A program made the translations under genes and the position numbers. The notes under the pieces were generated by a model that was not told where the DNA came from, made no database searches, and saw nothing but the letters and a program-made list of their open reading frames with translations. DNA of 64,000 nucleotides from Isurus oxyrinchus (lineage: Eukaryota): assembly GCA_026770705.1 (NCBI GenBank), contig JANJGN010000544.1, positions 248,001-312,000 on the forward strand, read 5' to 3'. Numbering within the stretch: the stretch's first letter is position 1; every line of letters starts with the position of its first letter. This document shows, in pieces, positions 24,586 to 37,214 of the stretch.

Positions 24586-25769
24586 AGACCTGAACTGTGC
24601 AATATATATATTTCATATATGAAATCATAGAATACTTACAGCAGAGAAAAAGCGTCTTCTTCCTACCCTGTCACTGCAACAACTCAGCCTTTTCCCCGTA
24701 ACCCTGCAATTTATATTGTCCCTCCTCGTTCTCCCTCCCAAACTGGGAATGAAAGAGAGAGAATGAAAGAGGAAGAGAAATGATGGGTTTTGTAGATCTC
24801 AGGGAAAAGAGACTTCAGGAACAGTTCATTGTGACAGTTCACACAGCAACAAGAAAACAACATTCCCTGAGGAGGGCCAGGAGTGGGAGCGTGTTTAGTT
24901 CAAACACAGAAGACTTGTTTAGCCAATAACAGCATCGAGTGTGTTAGACATAAACGTGAAGTGAACAGTGAGGTGAAATAGTGCCACAAGCTGTGGATGT
25001 GCAACTTTCAATTTCCAAGACCCACCCTCCTCATCAATGCGGCTCCTCTGAAACTTTCAAGGTCAATGTTGATCCTTTATAAGGTGCCGTTCCCAGATCG
25101 AGACACAGTCCTCCAGGTGTGATCTAACCAGGGCTTTGTATAACTGCAGCAAACCTTTCCCTCTTTCCTATAACAGCCTCTGTAACAGGTTGTACAGACA
25201 GGTGGATTAGATTGTATCGATCGAATAAGAAAAATAAGGAGATGCTTCATCAGACTAAAATTCCTTTTCAAATTCCATTTGAAATGAACTTAATTTTTTT
25301 GAAAGCTGTGTAAGAATCCCCAGCCTAACTCTTCATGTCACTGGGCCAGGGAAACTTTGTTAACTTTCACACACTGAGCATGGACACGGCAGCAGCTCCT
25401 GCACCTCTTTCAATATTGTTTTTCTTAACTCAGAGTTTTCGAAATGGAATTGGACAATGACTTGAAAGGGAGAAAAACGATCAGGATGATGGAGAAAGAG
25501 AAGGAAATTGAGACTAATTGGAAAGAACATAGTAAGGTGCTGGTAATGATATGATGGTTTAAATGGTCTCCTCGCACACTCTGCCACTTTATGATGACAT
25601 CATCAGATTAATTTGATCACAGCATTTCTAAATTTGCCACCCGAATTCCATTTCTGTAAAACAAAGACCCAAAGTGCGGCAGCAGGACCTCACAGTTTAA
25701 CATAGTGTGCAGGTGCCTCTGGCTTTGTCAGGTATTGTTCTGTAGGGGAGTGGTTATCACATGTGCATG

Positions 25770-26085
25770 AAATCACCAAGCCTCCTTAGACAGAACCTTC
25801 CAAGCCCACGACAATTACCATCTAGAAAAACAAGGGCAGCAGATAGATGGGAACACGACCACCTGGAATTTCTCCTGCAAGGCACTCACCATCTTGACTC
25901 GGAATTATGTCACTGTTTCTTCACTGTTGCTGGGTCAAAATCCTGGAACTCCCTTCCTAACAGCACTCTGGGTGTACCTGCACCACGGGGACTGCTGCGT
26001 TTCAAGAAGGCAGCTCAGCAGCACCTTCTCAAGGGATAATGAGATGGGCAATAAATGCTGGCCCAGCCAGCGAAGCCCACATCTC
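25770..26085 (+). mobile_element. LINE 3' fragment
   Basis: Ends WNSLPNSTLGVPAPRGLLRFKKAAQQHLLKG* followed by AATAAA. Confidence 0.7.
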
Positions 26086-26605
26086 GAGAATGTATTACAT
26101 ACTGTCTGCAGAATTAATCATAAATCTTCTTCCCATCCGTGTTACTAAGAGTTATTTCAGTTGCAAACATTCACTAAATTTGGAGTCTGAAACGGAACAA
26201 TCATTGGCCAAATTGGCGATAATGTTGTTTTCTGGGTCTTTGTCTCTCCTTAGGCCTCTATCACTCTCGGTGTACATGTCCCTGTGTGTTCCTCTCTGTG
26301 TGTCAATGTGGTTCAGTCTCCCGAGCGGTTAAACACATATTTTCCCATCACAAACTTTTTACACATTGGTTGTGCAGCTTCACATCACAATGTAACAGAG
26401 AAAAGTATCCAGATGAAAGGGGAATTTGCAATGTTCTTACATCGCAGATCTTCACCTCTGTATTTGCTCTTGAGCTGTTGCAATTCTGAGGTCTGATACT
26501 AGCTTTTGCTCCATTCATTCTGGTAGAGGTGATAGGCAGGGTTTCTACGTTTTTTATTACTCAAGGTCATCCTAGCGATTCGCCCTAAGTTATCAAATTC
26601 ACTGG

Positions 26606-26677
26606 TTCCTAAGCAGGAATCGAACCCACGCACTTGACTATGAAATCGAAGAACCGGAGCTATTGGGCCACCACAGA
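26606..26677 (-). pseudogene. tRNA-Glu(TTC) pseudogene
   Basis: ggtgg...tttca...GGGTTCGATTCC..aggaa, heavily mutated. Confidence 0.6.
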
Positions 26678-27882
26678 AGGTGCTCACAAGCCTCACAACC
26701 TGGGTAAGCCATGCTACCTGTGCCTTTTATTCCCATTTCAAACCTCTTTCATTAGAGACACGTTTCTCCCCCAAATTGACACGTTTATATAAAACACAAA
26801 CAACATCCATCGTCAGACAGTTCCGGGTTGTTATTGGGTCCTTAAGCGACAAAGAGAAAATAATCCAACTCTGCTGTTGCTCAGCGGGTTCCAACAGCAG
26901 TGATTTTTTTTATCTGAATATTAATTTAAAATATAATTTAACAACTGACCAACCAGGTACCTACAAATCTACGAAATTATTGGTTTCAAATAGACCCGTT
27001 AATGATTCTCTCTTCCTCAGCTCCGCAGTGAGTGAGACAGGGAAAAGCAGAAAAGCAGCAATATTCCGGCCCCGCACTCTCCAATCAGCCGCTGCCAGCA
27101 AACAGATACATTCACTTTCCTGAGTGTTTATTCTGTGAAATGGTGAAGGGCGAATCTAAGACGCTTGTAAGTTACTGTGCTCAGTTAATATCCAACAACA
27201 AACAGGAACAAGGCAGTTTTCCTCTCACTTAAAAGGGCAAGTTTTGATATTGCTTCTGCATTAATAACTTATATTGATAAAGTGCATTTAATTTGTTGAA
27301 ACGTCACGAGGCGTCCCCCGTGATCATTATATAACAAAGTGTGACACCGAGACTCATATTCGATCAGAATACTAAAAGCTCGGTCAAAGGGGGAGGCTTT
27401 AAAAACTGTCTTAAAGGAGCAAAGTATCGATTTAATGTTCCAGCTAACAGCAATAGTTCTTCTCATTGGTGAAAGAAGTCTCCTGTGTTCAACCTAAACA
27501 GACCAATTAGTCGGAGAAAGTTCTCTCTGGTGAAAAGATCGGGAATGAAAAAAAAAAGTGGAAAGTAACCTCTAAATGCCAAATGTCAAACCTTTCTGGT
27601 ACTTTCCCTTATGTCTCATGACTGGGGATCGGCGCTTCCATTAGCCCACAGCGAATAGGGTGAGGGTTTGGAAATTGAAAGTGACGCATGTGCAGCTTGT
27701 GGGACTATTTCACCTCACTGTCGATTTCATGTTCCAGCTCACAGAAACCGTTGTTTTTATTGGCTGAAGAATTCGTTTGTGTTAAGGCTAAACAGGCAGT
27801 TTTGTGGTGAAAGAGATCTGAACTGAAAAACAATACCCAAAAGCAGCGTGGATAAGCCAAATCTAAAAACAGTTTGATAGAT

Positions 27883-27954
27883 TGCCAGGTGGTCTAGTGG
27901 TTAGGATTCGGTGCTTTCACCGCAGTGGCCCGGGTTCCATTCCCGGTCAGGAAA
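27883..27954 (+). pseudogene. tRNA-Glu(TTC), mildly degenerate (acceptor stem broken)
   Basis: tgccaGGTGGTCTAGTGGTTAGGATTCGGTGCTTTCACCGCAGTGGCCCGGGTTCCATTCCCGGTCAGG. Confidence 0.85.
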
Positions 27955-28948
27955 TTAAGGTTTGTTGAGTGTAGTCACTTTCTGTTTTCAAACAGCCCCA
28001 CCGAGAGTTAAAGTTTAGCGTCACAGCAAGAAATGTCACACTTCGAACTAGTCGAGAACAAACAGTAGGGAAGAAGGGCTGGTTGCAAGGCGAAACATGG
28101 GTGGGAGAAGGACGAATGTTACTGTCTTCCATTTGCACCGGCGCAGATATCACTTCTGATCAATCAATTCCGCTTTGAAAGCAGCGCGCCGGGCCCAATG
28201 GGCTCTTTCTACGCTGTAATTTTCTATAATGTTATGTTTCCCAACACCGCCAACACTGCCACTTTATAACCCACTCTAGCGAAATGCGCTTTCTTACCTT
28301 GTATTCGGCTCGTCGAAACCAAAACACGGAGCAAATTCACCGAGTTTTCCTGTCATTTCCAGCACGAGATTCGTCACGAGACTAAATGAGGGACAAATTA
28401 ATGGTGCCAATCCTTCACTGGAGCTCACCGTGTCCAAAGAGCCTGTTATCATCAGCCTGTTAGGCACCTTCCTGCAGTACATCTGCTGAACAAATATAAG
28501 CTTATCACAGCTCTGCTTTCTCCACATTGAAATCCAGTGTAAAAAATGTGAACAATTTCAAAGCTGATTAACGTAGACAAGACTGGAAGGAGAGTGTGAC
28601 TGTGGATAATCGGCACTGTGCACATTCCTGTAATCAGTATCTGGGAGAATCAGGAATTTGAGATCCTGGTGTGTCTTTACTCTATGGTCTGCAAACCTAT
28701 CGTGTTGTGTCTTACATTCTCACGAACTGACTGTGTCTGCATCAAGCAGCTAATTGACCTGGGAGCTGTACGGGCAGACGGAGCTGGAGACGAGACAGGG
28801 ACAGAAGCAGAAAGAAACGCGACATGAAAGTGTTTTGAATTTGATGTCTGTCAGTTGGTGCCAATGGTGATTTTCTGCCTTGTAGGTGCCACTGAATGAG
28901 GTTGTGTTTTTTTTTGTTTTAGAGCATCAAGATTGCAAATGACAACAG

Positions 28949-29021
28949 CCCCCAGCATGGGGCTCCAACACATGACCCTGAAATTAAGTGTTTTATATTC
29001 TATTGACTGAGGTAGCCGGGA
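28949..29021 (-). pseudogene. tRNA-Lys(CTT) pseudogene
   Basis: CCCGGCTA.CTCAGTC...CTTAA.TTCAGGGTC...GAGCCCCA.G.TGGG. Confidence 0.7.
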
Positions 29022-29597
29022 ATGGGGGAAGGAATCCTTCATATCCCAACACATATGGCGACAGACGTTTTTTTTTCCACCTGGAGCCTCAGCTTGTTCT
29101 GAATCTTAGAGTGGAGAAGGTAATCGACCTACAAAAGCCCCAAGGTTGCAATGCATTCCTCTCAATCTCAATAACATCATTCCCATTTTCCACTTCTTAG
29201 TTGCACCTCCTTCCAAACATTGCAAACTCTCTCTTTCATCTTTCATCCTGATATTTGTCTCTACCATTTTAACATGAAGTTGCACAACTAATTTCAATAA
29301 CGTTAGTGATGGTAAAAATGTGTTCTCCACTCGGAGAACTGACTCACAGTGACACACTCAGAGGAACACGGACAAACATATGCACCGAGAGTGACAGAGG
29401 GCAAGGGCTTGTCTCTAAGGAGAGGCAAATATCCAGAAAGCAAACATGAAGCCAAGTTTTATTCCAGTTCCAAGTTTCGTGAGTGTTTTCGTGAATGAAC
29501 AGAAATAGAAACCCCCCCAAGTGTTTGGATAGATTTTATTCAATTTAACCGATAATTAACTCTGTCAACACACTTTAAACCAGGAATAATGAGAAGC

Positions 29598-29651
29598 GGG
29601 GAATCCCAATGGACTTGGGCTCCATCACCTAAACCAATCGGCCACGACAAC
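29598..29651 (-). pseudogene. tRNA-Ser 5' fragment
   Basis: GTTGTCGTGGCCGATTGGTTTAGGTGATGGA...TCCATTGGG. Confidence 0.7.
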
Positions 29652-30332
29652 TGGCTCTGTGCACAGGTTAAAGTCGATGGTATAAAATCATAAATATCTA
29701 CAGCAGAGGAAGATGACATTCAGCTCATTTTGACAATGCTGACTGATGGCAAAAGGCATTCAGCTAATTTGATAACCCCACATTTTCTCTACTGCAATTT
29801 AAATTTATATTGTCTCTCCTCGCTCTTCCTGTTGAAATGAAGCATGACAGGCATCTATTTTGACAGTGAGCTGGCACCTTTTGCATCATTCGCGTTTGTA
29901 GTTGTATGTTAAGTGAATGTAATATCTCTCAGTCACATTACATTTCCTCTTCACCATTTCACAGGATAAACCCTCAGCAAAGTGAGAAAATCTTTCAGCT
30001 GGCAGCGGGTGATTGGAGAGTGGGGGGCCGGAATATTGCTACTTTTCTGCTTTTCCCTGTCTCACGCACTGTGGAGCTGAGAAAGAGAGAATCATTGACG
30101 GGTTTGTTTGAATCCAGTAATTTCACAGGTGTCTAATGAGTTAGATGGAATTACATAGTCGTTTATTGTTTTTTATTGTGTTTGAAATGAACATTCAAAA
30201 CTAAAACATCGGTGTGGGAACACTGTGGTTAAGGGTAATGTTTGCGGGATAATTTCTTGCAGCTCAAGTAGCCAATGAGAGCCCGGAACTGAGTGACAAT
30301 GAAAGCTGATAGGGAGAAAAAAGTGAAATCTT

Positions 30333-30406
30333 CGTCCCTGGGTGGTTCCAAACCACCAACTTTTCAGTTAATAATCGAACGTACTAAGCAATTGCGCCAC
30401 AGAAAT
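30333..30406 (-). pseudogene. tRNA-Asn pseudogene
   Basis: TCTGTGGCGCAAT...GTTCG..TTAAC.GAAA.GTTGGTGGTT...CCACCCAGGGACG. Confidence 0.8.
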
Positions 30407-31600
30407 TGACGTAAGGCTGATGTGCCAGCTTTCCTAACCCAGGGTGTCAGCGAGTTTAAGCTTCAGATTGCTGCTACCGGGAGGACAATTATTCTCTTCA
30501 TTTTTTCTCAAGAGAGGGACATTCACTGCGGATACATGGAAACAGTCTGATCCCACCCACTCCAGGCACATCCATGTCACCGGGAACCAGCTCTCTGACA
30601 ACAGGTGCCGTCTCCCTTCGAGCCTTTCGGCGTCTTGTCTGTTACCAAGTATTCTGATTGCCCTGAAGCCGATGTTAGGTTTGAATTCCTGATGTGCAGT
30701 AACGAGAATCATTTCAATCTCTCAGGTCAGATAACTTCACTGATAACATCAGAGTTAATGTTCCAGCGTCTTAAAGAAGGGAAAGTTTCCTTGAATGTCT
30801 CTGGTCAGTTGAACTGATCACCCTTCATTGCTCCTCGGATTCCGGTTCCCAAAGAGTTTCTAAAGATTCACAAAGCTGGAGACTGGGTTTTCTGTTTTGG
30901 TTCCTTCTCCATTTTCCGCTGCTAACTGACAATATTTTCCAAATATTGAGGAGAGACAGCAAAGTGGCCTCGAGACCACAATCAGATCCGCCATGATCTT
31001 ACTGAATGGCAGAGCGGGGTCAAAGGGCTGAATGGCCTCCTTCTGATCCTCATTCCTCTCTTTCCTGTGACACAGCCCGGATCAACCCCTGCCTTCGGAA
31101 TTAATGGTCAGTTAAATGAAATAAAAACCATCCAACTATTTCCGTGTTTCTTATTTCCGTTCATCTGCAAACATTCACTAAATTTTCTGTCTGAAATGGG
31201 ACAATAATTGGCCATGAAGGTGGCATCGTTGTTTTCTGGGTGTTTGTCACTCTCGGTGTAAAGGTCTGTGTGTGTCAAAGAGGTTCAGTTTACGAGGGGT
31301 TGAACACATTTTCACCATCACAAACTTTAGTCATATTAGCTGTGCAGTTTCACAGTTAAATGTTACAGAGAAAAATATCAAGACGAAAGATTGAAGAGGA
31401 GTTTGCAATGTTTGGAAGGAGGTGCAGCTAAGAAGTGGAAGGTGTGAATGATGTTATTGATGATTGAGGGAATGTATTGCAACCTTGGGGCTTTTGGAGG
31501 TCGATCACCTTTGAAATTCAGAATAAGCTGATGCTTGAGGTCGAAAACAACAGTGATCTCCATGGACGTTGGGGTGTGGAATACTTCGCTCTTCTTACAT

Positions 31601-31670
31601 GCCTGGCGAGTTCAGTCGACAGCGGCTGAGGCTCTTAATGCCAGGTTATTGGGTTTGCGACCTATTATCA
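31601..31670 (+). pseudogene. tRNA-Lys(CTT) pseudogene
   Basis: GCCTGGCGAGTTCAGTCG...TGAGGCTCTTAAT..CAGG. Confidence 0.55.
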
Positions 31671-31851
31671 GTGAAATTCCCCTTTTAAACTTTGCTGCTT
31701 TCATGGGTGATCCCCAGGTCTCCATTCCTCCGGCAGTGTCACCACTCAAACTGAGTCTTTCTCCATCCTGCTTTGTTAATATCACAGCTGCTGGTTTCTG
31801 AGTGAAAACTGCTCTCTGCGTCATTGAAAGTCAGAATATTTAATTCTGAAC

Positions 31852-31900
31852 ATTTGGTGCTTTCACCGCTGCAGCCTAGGTTTAATTCCCGTACAGGGAA
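31852..31900 (+). pseudogene. tRNA-Glu(TTC) 3' fragment
   Basis: GGTGCTTTCACCGCTGCAGCCTAGGTTTAATTCCCG..CAGGGAA. Confidence 0.65.
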
Positions 31901-32760
31901 AACCTTTTCCATTTTGTTGTGTGAACTGTCACAATGAACAGGAATTCCTTATTGAATGAAATTAGATCTGGCAGCGTCTGTGGAGTGAGAAAGATTTAAT
32001 CTTTCAGCTGGATGAACCTTCATCGGAGCTGGAAAAGTCAGAGATGTGACAAGTGGAAAACAAGTCCAGAGGCTGGAGGGAGGGGAGTGAAAGGACAAAA
32101 GGGAAGGACTGTGATAGGTTACAAGGCATGAGAGAGAAACTGACTAAAGGGATGATGGTGCAACATGTGGGTGGGAATGGGACAGATTTTTCTTCCTGCT
32201 GTTCAAACTGGGACAAATTTCACTGATCAACCAATCACAACTGCTCTTTCAAAGCAGCTGGCCGGGCCGAATGGCCTCTTTCTGTGCTGTAACTTTCTAT
32301 AATTGTTTCATTTCCATATCACTGCTGCTGCCTTCACAATCATTCCATCATCTTACAACCCATTCCATCAAAATCCACCTTCTTCCCTTGTGTTCTGCTC
32401 CTTTAAGGTAATGGGACTGAGTAAATTCAGTGGGAAATTTCCTTCTCATTTAGCACGAGATTTGGAAACAGATCTGGGAAATATTTGTGTCAGTGCAAAC
32501 AAAATCTCCCCTATCACCTCTATATTTTCCCATGCACCACCATCTCTATGGTCACTGCTTTTCAGCCTATCACAGCCCTTCTCTGATTCCCTATCTTCAC
32601 CTCTGTATTTGTTCTCGACCTGGTGCACGGGTGACATTTCCGGTTCTGATGCAAAACTCCAGCTCTCACTCCACTGATTCAGGCGGAGCTGATATGCGTT
32701 TTCAGTTTTCAATCAGGAAGTGATGCACATTTATTTTAATCATTTGCAGGACATTTATAA

Positions 32761-32790
32761 ACGCTGAATCCTAACCACTAGACCCACAGG
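32761..32790 (-). pseudogene. tRNA-Glu 5' fragment
   Basis: GGTCTAGTGGTTAGGATTCAGCG. Confidence 0.55.
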
Positions 32791-33259
32791 CTTGCAAATT
32801 CACAGCCCGGCTTATCCATGCTACCTGTGCATTTTATTTTCATTTCACATCGTTTTCACCAGAGAGACTTTTCTCCCACAAAATGATACGTTTATACAGG
32901 ATACAAACGATTTCTTCAGCCAATGCCAGCAGCGATTGCTGATAGCTGGAGCAGCATTCATTGTCACACAATCCCGGGTTGTCATTGGGCCCTTCAGCGA
33001 CAAAAGAGGACAGAAATCGCCAACTCTCCTGTTACACAGCGAGTTCCAACAGATGTGTTTTTATAGAATATTCGTTTTGAATATTCTCCACTCACCGGCT
33101 GCCAATTGAAGGATATCCTCACTTTGCTGAATGTCCACTTTCTTAAAAGACGAAGAGTAAGTGTAATACGAATGTGAGATTCTGCATTCAGCTAATATTC
33201 AACAAAAAGCCAGGAACAAAGCAACTTTCCTTCTCGCCGAATTGAACAAGTTTCAATAA

Positions 33260-33331
33260 TGTTTCTGCCTGTTTTTGACCGGGGACCTTTCGCGTGTAAG
33301 GCGAATGTGATAACCACTACACTGCAGAAAC
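33260..33331 (-). pseudogene. tRNA-Val(TAC), T-arm broken
   Basis: GTTTCTGCAGTGTAGTGGTTATCACATTCGCCTTACACGCGAAAGGTCCCCGGTC...CAGAAACA. Confidence 0.85.
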
Positions 33332-33995
33332 TTCATACACCATGAGTCAAGTGCACCTGACTAAAATGCAGTTCCACAGCAGCACTTTGGGTCCATGTTT
33401 TGAAGAAATGGAATTCGGCTGTTCTCATCAGGAATGCTGCAGACAGACTGATCAACAATGTCATCATCAAATGGCACAGCGTGTTGGAGAATCATTAGAT
33501 CATCGCAGCTTCTTTTTTAAAGAGCAGTCAATTAGTCTCAACATTCTTCTCTCTTTCCATAAGCCTCAATTTCTCTATTTCAAGTAACTGTCTAATTCAC
33601 TTTTGAAGAAGGAGTTTCTGCAGAATCCATGCATAGTTTTCCTGACCCAGTGACATGGAGATTTGGACTTGGGTTCCTTCCAGACCCTCGAGGAGTTGAT
33701 CCTAATCCCAGCGCTGCCACAATTTGTGTCACATTCCCACTTTTGCGCACTTTAGGAATTCCCTGTCGGAGAACAAGAGGGGGCTCTAGTTTAATATAGG
33801 GCGGGTTGTGGTCCTTTATGTTGTTTGGAAAAGCATGGAGAGGCAATACAAATATAAATTGTTGGGGTAAAGGCGGGTGTGTGGAATCGGTAGAGCTGCT
33901 CTTCCAGAGAGCCAGCACAGACACGATGGGCCGATTGACTTATTTTGCAGTCACCTCTGATTTCATAAGGACACATTTGAGCTCGCGAGCAGCTG

Positions 33996-34076
33996 TTAGT
34001 CGAGCTGAATGTTTAAGGTGACGGAGTTGAAATCCATTGGGGTCTCCCCCTGTAGGTTTGAATCCTGCTGACTACA
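33996..34076 (+). pseudogene. tRNA-Ser(TGA) pseudogene
   Basis: TTAAGG...TTGAAATCCATTGGGGTCTCCCC..AGGTTTGAATCCTGCTGACTAC. Confidence 0.8.
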
Positions 34077-34339
34077 GTTCACATTTTTCCTCATTTTAAC
34101 CAGGTGCCGCCAACCTCATCCCTGCAGCTCCTGTGAAACTGACAAGGCGACACACGGCAGAAATTCATCTCTGAAAGTTACTGACACACATCAAATTCTG
34201 CTGCTTTCATGTCGCATCTTTTAACTTCCTGTTCTCCATCTCAGATATTTTCACGTCTACCAAATGTCACCCACCTGGGACTTAGCATCTACCTCAGTCT
34301 ATTGAATATGGTCGACTTTGCTGTGTGGTCTTAGCTGGT

Positions 34340-34412
34340 GGCTCCATGGCTCAGTGGTTGGAGCACTGCTCTTGTAAACCAGGGTTTGTGAGTTTGACCT
34401 TCATTAGAGCCC
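34340..34412 (+). pseudogene. tRNA-Thr(TGT) pseudogene
   Basis: GGCTCCATGGCTCAGTGGTTGGAGCACTGCTCTTGTAAACCAGGG with decayed T-arm. Confidence 0.8.
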
Positions 34413-34471
34413 ACCATTAACCTTTAGCTGAGAATACAAAGCTGAAAAACTGCAGAACAATATATAAGAAG

Positions 34472-35782
34472 AAAAAGCAAAGTACTGTGGTGAAGCATTT
34501 TGCTTTTAAGTTAAAGTACTGTGGATGCTGGAAATCTGAAGTAAAAACTCAGCATCTGGCAGCATCTATGGAGAGAGAAACAGAGTCAACGTATCGAGTC
34601 CATGTGATCTTCTTCAGAACTAAAGAGAAGCAGAAATGTTCACTGTTTTTATACTATTTACGAGGGCGTGGGGTGGAGCAGGTGGGGAAGTCAAGAGGAA
34701 TTGGCAAAGATATTATGTTCACAAGACAAAGGGAGTGTTAATGGTAGCAGTAAGGGCTAAAATGCTGCTGATAGTTGCTTAAAGGTAAGAAAGCAGAATG
34801 TGTGAATAGCAGAATAAGGATCAGCACTCTGTGAAAGAACAACATAGAGCAATGACAGATGGCCCTTTAGGGGCCTCTCTCCTCACCTTCCAAGTGCCCA
34901 AACATTCCTTTCAGGTGAAGCAGCGCGTCATGTGCACCTCCAATTTGGTCCATTTCATTCACTGCTCCCAATGGGGTCTCCCCTACATTGGAGAGACCAA
35001 ACGCAGACTGGCCGACCTCTTTGTGGAACATCTTCAGTCTGTCTGTAAGCATGACCCAGACCACCCTGTCATTTGCCATTTCAACACTCCACCCTGCTGT
35101 CATGTGCACATGTCTGTCCTTGGCTTGCTGCATTGTTCCAGTGAAGCTCAACACAAACTGGAGGAACAGCACCTCATCTTCCGACTAGGCACTTTATAGT
35201 CTTCCGGTGGTAACATGAAGTTCAGCAGCTTCAGATCATGAACTCTCTCCTTCATTTTCACCCTTTTTAAAATCTCTTTATAAAAAAGCATTTTATTAAC
35301 TTATTTTTCATTCATTTATTCATTATTTCACCCCAACCCCTTTTATTATCCCCTTTTCTATCTTTTTTCCCCAACTATATCCCCCTCCCACATCCCACCC
35401 CCAAAAGGGCCATCTGTTACTCGTTCCATGTTGTTTTTTTTCACAGAGCGCTGAACCTTGTTCTGCTATTCACATATCCTGCTTTCTTACCTTTATGTCA
35501 CTATCAGCACCTTCTTCAGCCATTACCATTACAATTAACATCCCCTTTGTCTTGTGTCCAGGGCATCTTTGTTAGTCTCTCCTTAGCCCCCACCTACCAC
35601 TGACCTTCTATCCAGAATCACCTGCTCTACCCATCCCGCCCCGCTTAAACAGGAGAATTCAAACAATTTCTACTTTTCTTCATCTCTGAAGAAGAGTTAT
35701 ACGGATTCGAACATTAACACTGTTTCCCTCTCCACCGAGTCTGTGAGACCTGTTGAGTTTTTCCAGGAATTTCTCTTTTTAT
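34472..35782 (+). mobile_element. Older PLE: inverted tail (34472-34866) plus GIY-YIG and tail (34870-35782)
   Basis: HCSQWGLPYIGETKRR..EEQHLIFRLGTL; 13-bp TSD AATATATAAGAAG at 34459 and 35783. Confidence 0.85.
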
Positions 35783-35973
35783 AATATATAAGAAGTGACT
35801 GGACAACAAGGTGGAAGACAGAGAAAAATGTAGCAAAGACTGAAGTAACTCAGTCAGTCGTAGTAATTTTTAAAAAGCAACAAAGCAGAACACGTTTGAA
35901 AAGGTGAGAAAGACGTGCTGATTTTCAAAGAGACTCGGCTGCACTTGTGCAAAGAACGTGGAAAGTTACATCA

Positions 35974-36036
35974 GTCCCTATAGCACAATTGATCAGCGTG
36001 TTCGACTAACTGCAAGTTAGGTGGTTCTCAGGGATG
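35974..36036 (+). pseudogene. tRNA-Asn-derived remnant
   Basis: GTCCCTATAGCACAATTGATCAGCGTGTTCGA...GGTGGTTC..CAGGGATG. Confidence 0.55.
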
Positions 36037-36136
36037 AAGTTTCCAATGTTTTTTCCTCCCATCAACATTCATTGTCCCACAGATTTGGGTTGTCAACGGC
36101 GGCAAGAAATGTTTCCACAAGTGTTTCCAGTTCTAC

Positions 36137-36211
36137 TGCTCTGCAGTGAGGTTTGAACCAGAGAATCTTCCCCATGTAAAGCAAATGTGATAACCATTGG
36201 ACTACAAAAAC
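36137..36211 (-). pseudogene. tRNA-Val(TAC) pseudogene
   Basis: GTTTTTGTAGT..ATGGTTATCACATTTGCTTTACA...GGTTCAAACC. Confidence 0.65.
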
Positions 36212-36600
36212 TACACACAGCTTCATGCATAACGACCTAGAATATTAAATTTTGCTGTCTTATTGCAGTTCCGAACCTTGTTTTGTGTAAGTACAATTCG
36301 GCTGAGAACCTGAGCCCTGCGGCAGAGAAATTGATCAAACATTAGAATCATCAGATGGCACAGCACATAAGCAATTCATTCAACACCTCACACATGTGCG
36401 AACAACCTTACAGCAGATCCGTCCCCAACTTTCTCTCTTTTCGCCGAGCCATGCACTTTTCAGAAAACTATTCAAAACCTGGAGAAAGATAAATCTCACT
36501 TTGTTTTGAGATGATGCATCCAGTTACTATTTAACAACAAACGGGAATGATGCAACCATTCCTCACACTTAATTCTGTTAATGCTTCCCCATTTCGAACT

Positions 36601-37180
36601 GGGAAACCTTCTGTAGTGAGAGACCATGATCCCTATTACCCTACACAAACCCTGCAATGTAATGGGGAAACTTTCCATGTGTGGGAGACCATGATCCCTA
36701 CTATTCTACACAAACCCTGCAATGTAGCGGGGAAACTTTCCATGTCTGGGAGACCATGATCCCTACTACCCTACACAAACCCTGCAATGTAGCGGGGAAA
36801 CTTTCCGTGTGTGGGAGACCATGATCCCTACTACCCTACACAAACCCTGCAATGTAGCAGGGAAACTTTCCGTGTGTGGGAGACCATGATCCCTACTACC
36901 CTACACAAACCCTGCAATGTAGCGGGGAAACTTTCCATGTCTGGGAGACCATGATCCCTACTACCCTACACAAACCCTGCAATGTAGCGGGGAAACTTTC
37001 CGTGTGTGGGAGACCGTGATGCCTACTACCCTACACAAACCCTGCAATGTAGCGGGAAAACTTTCCGTGTGTGGGAGACCGTGATGCCTACTACCCTTCC
37101 GAAACCCTGCAATGTAGTGGGGAAACTTTCCGTGTGTGGGAGACAGTGATCCCTATTAGCCTACAGAAACCCTGCAATGT
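36601..37180. repeat. 65-bp minisatellite, ~9 copies
   Basis: agacc unit starts at 36621, 36686, 36751 ... 37141; near-identical units, no spacers. Confidence 0.95.
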
Positions 37181-37214
37181 GAAAAGCTTAATTTAACACA
37201 CAGAAGCCAGACAG

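Noticed and set aside
36601-37180. CRISPR-like regular array
   Set aside because: Units are contiguous and near-identical with no unique spacers; vertebrate DNA with no cas genes.
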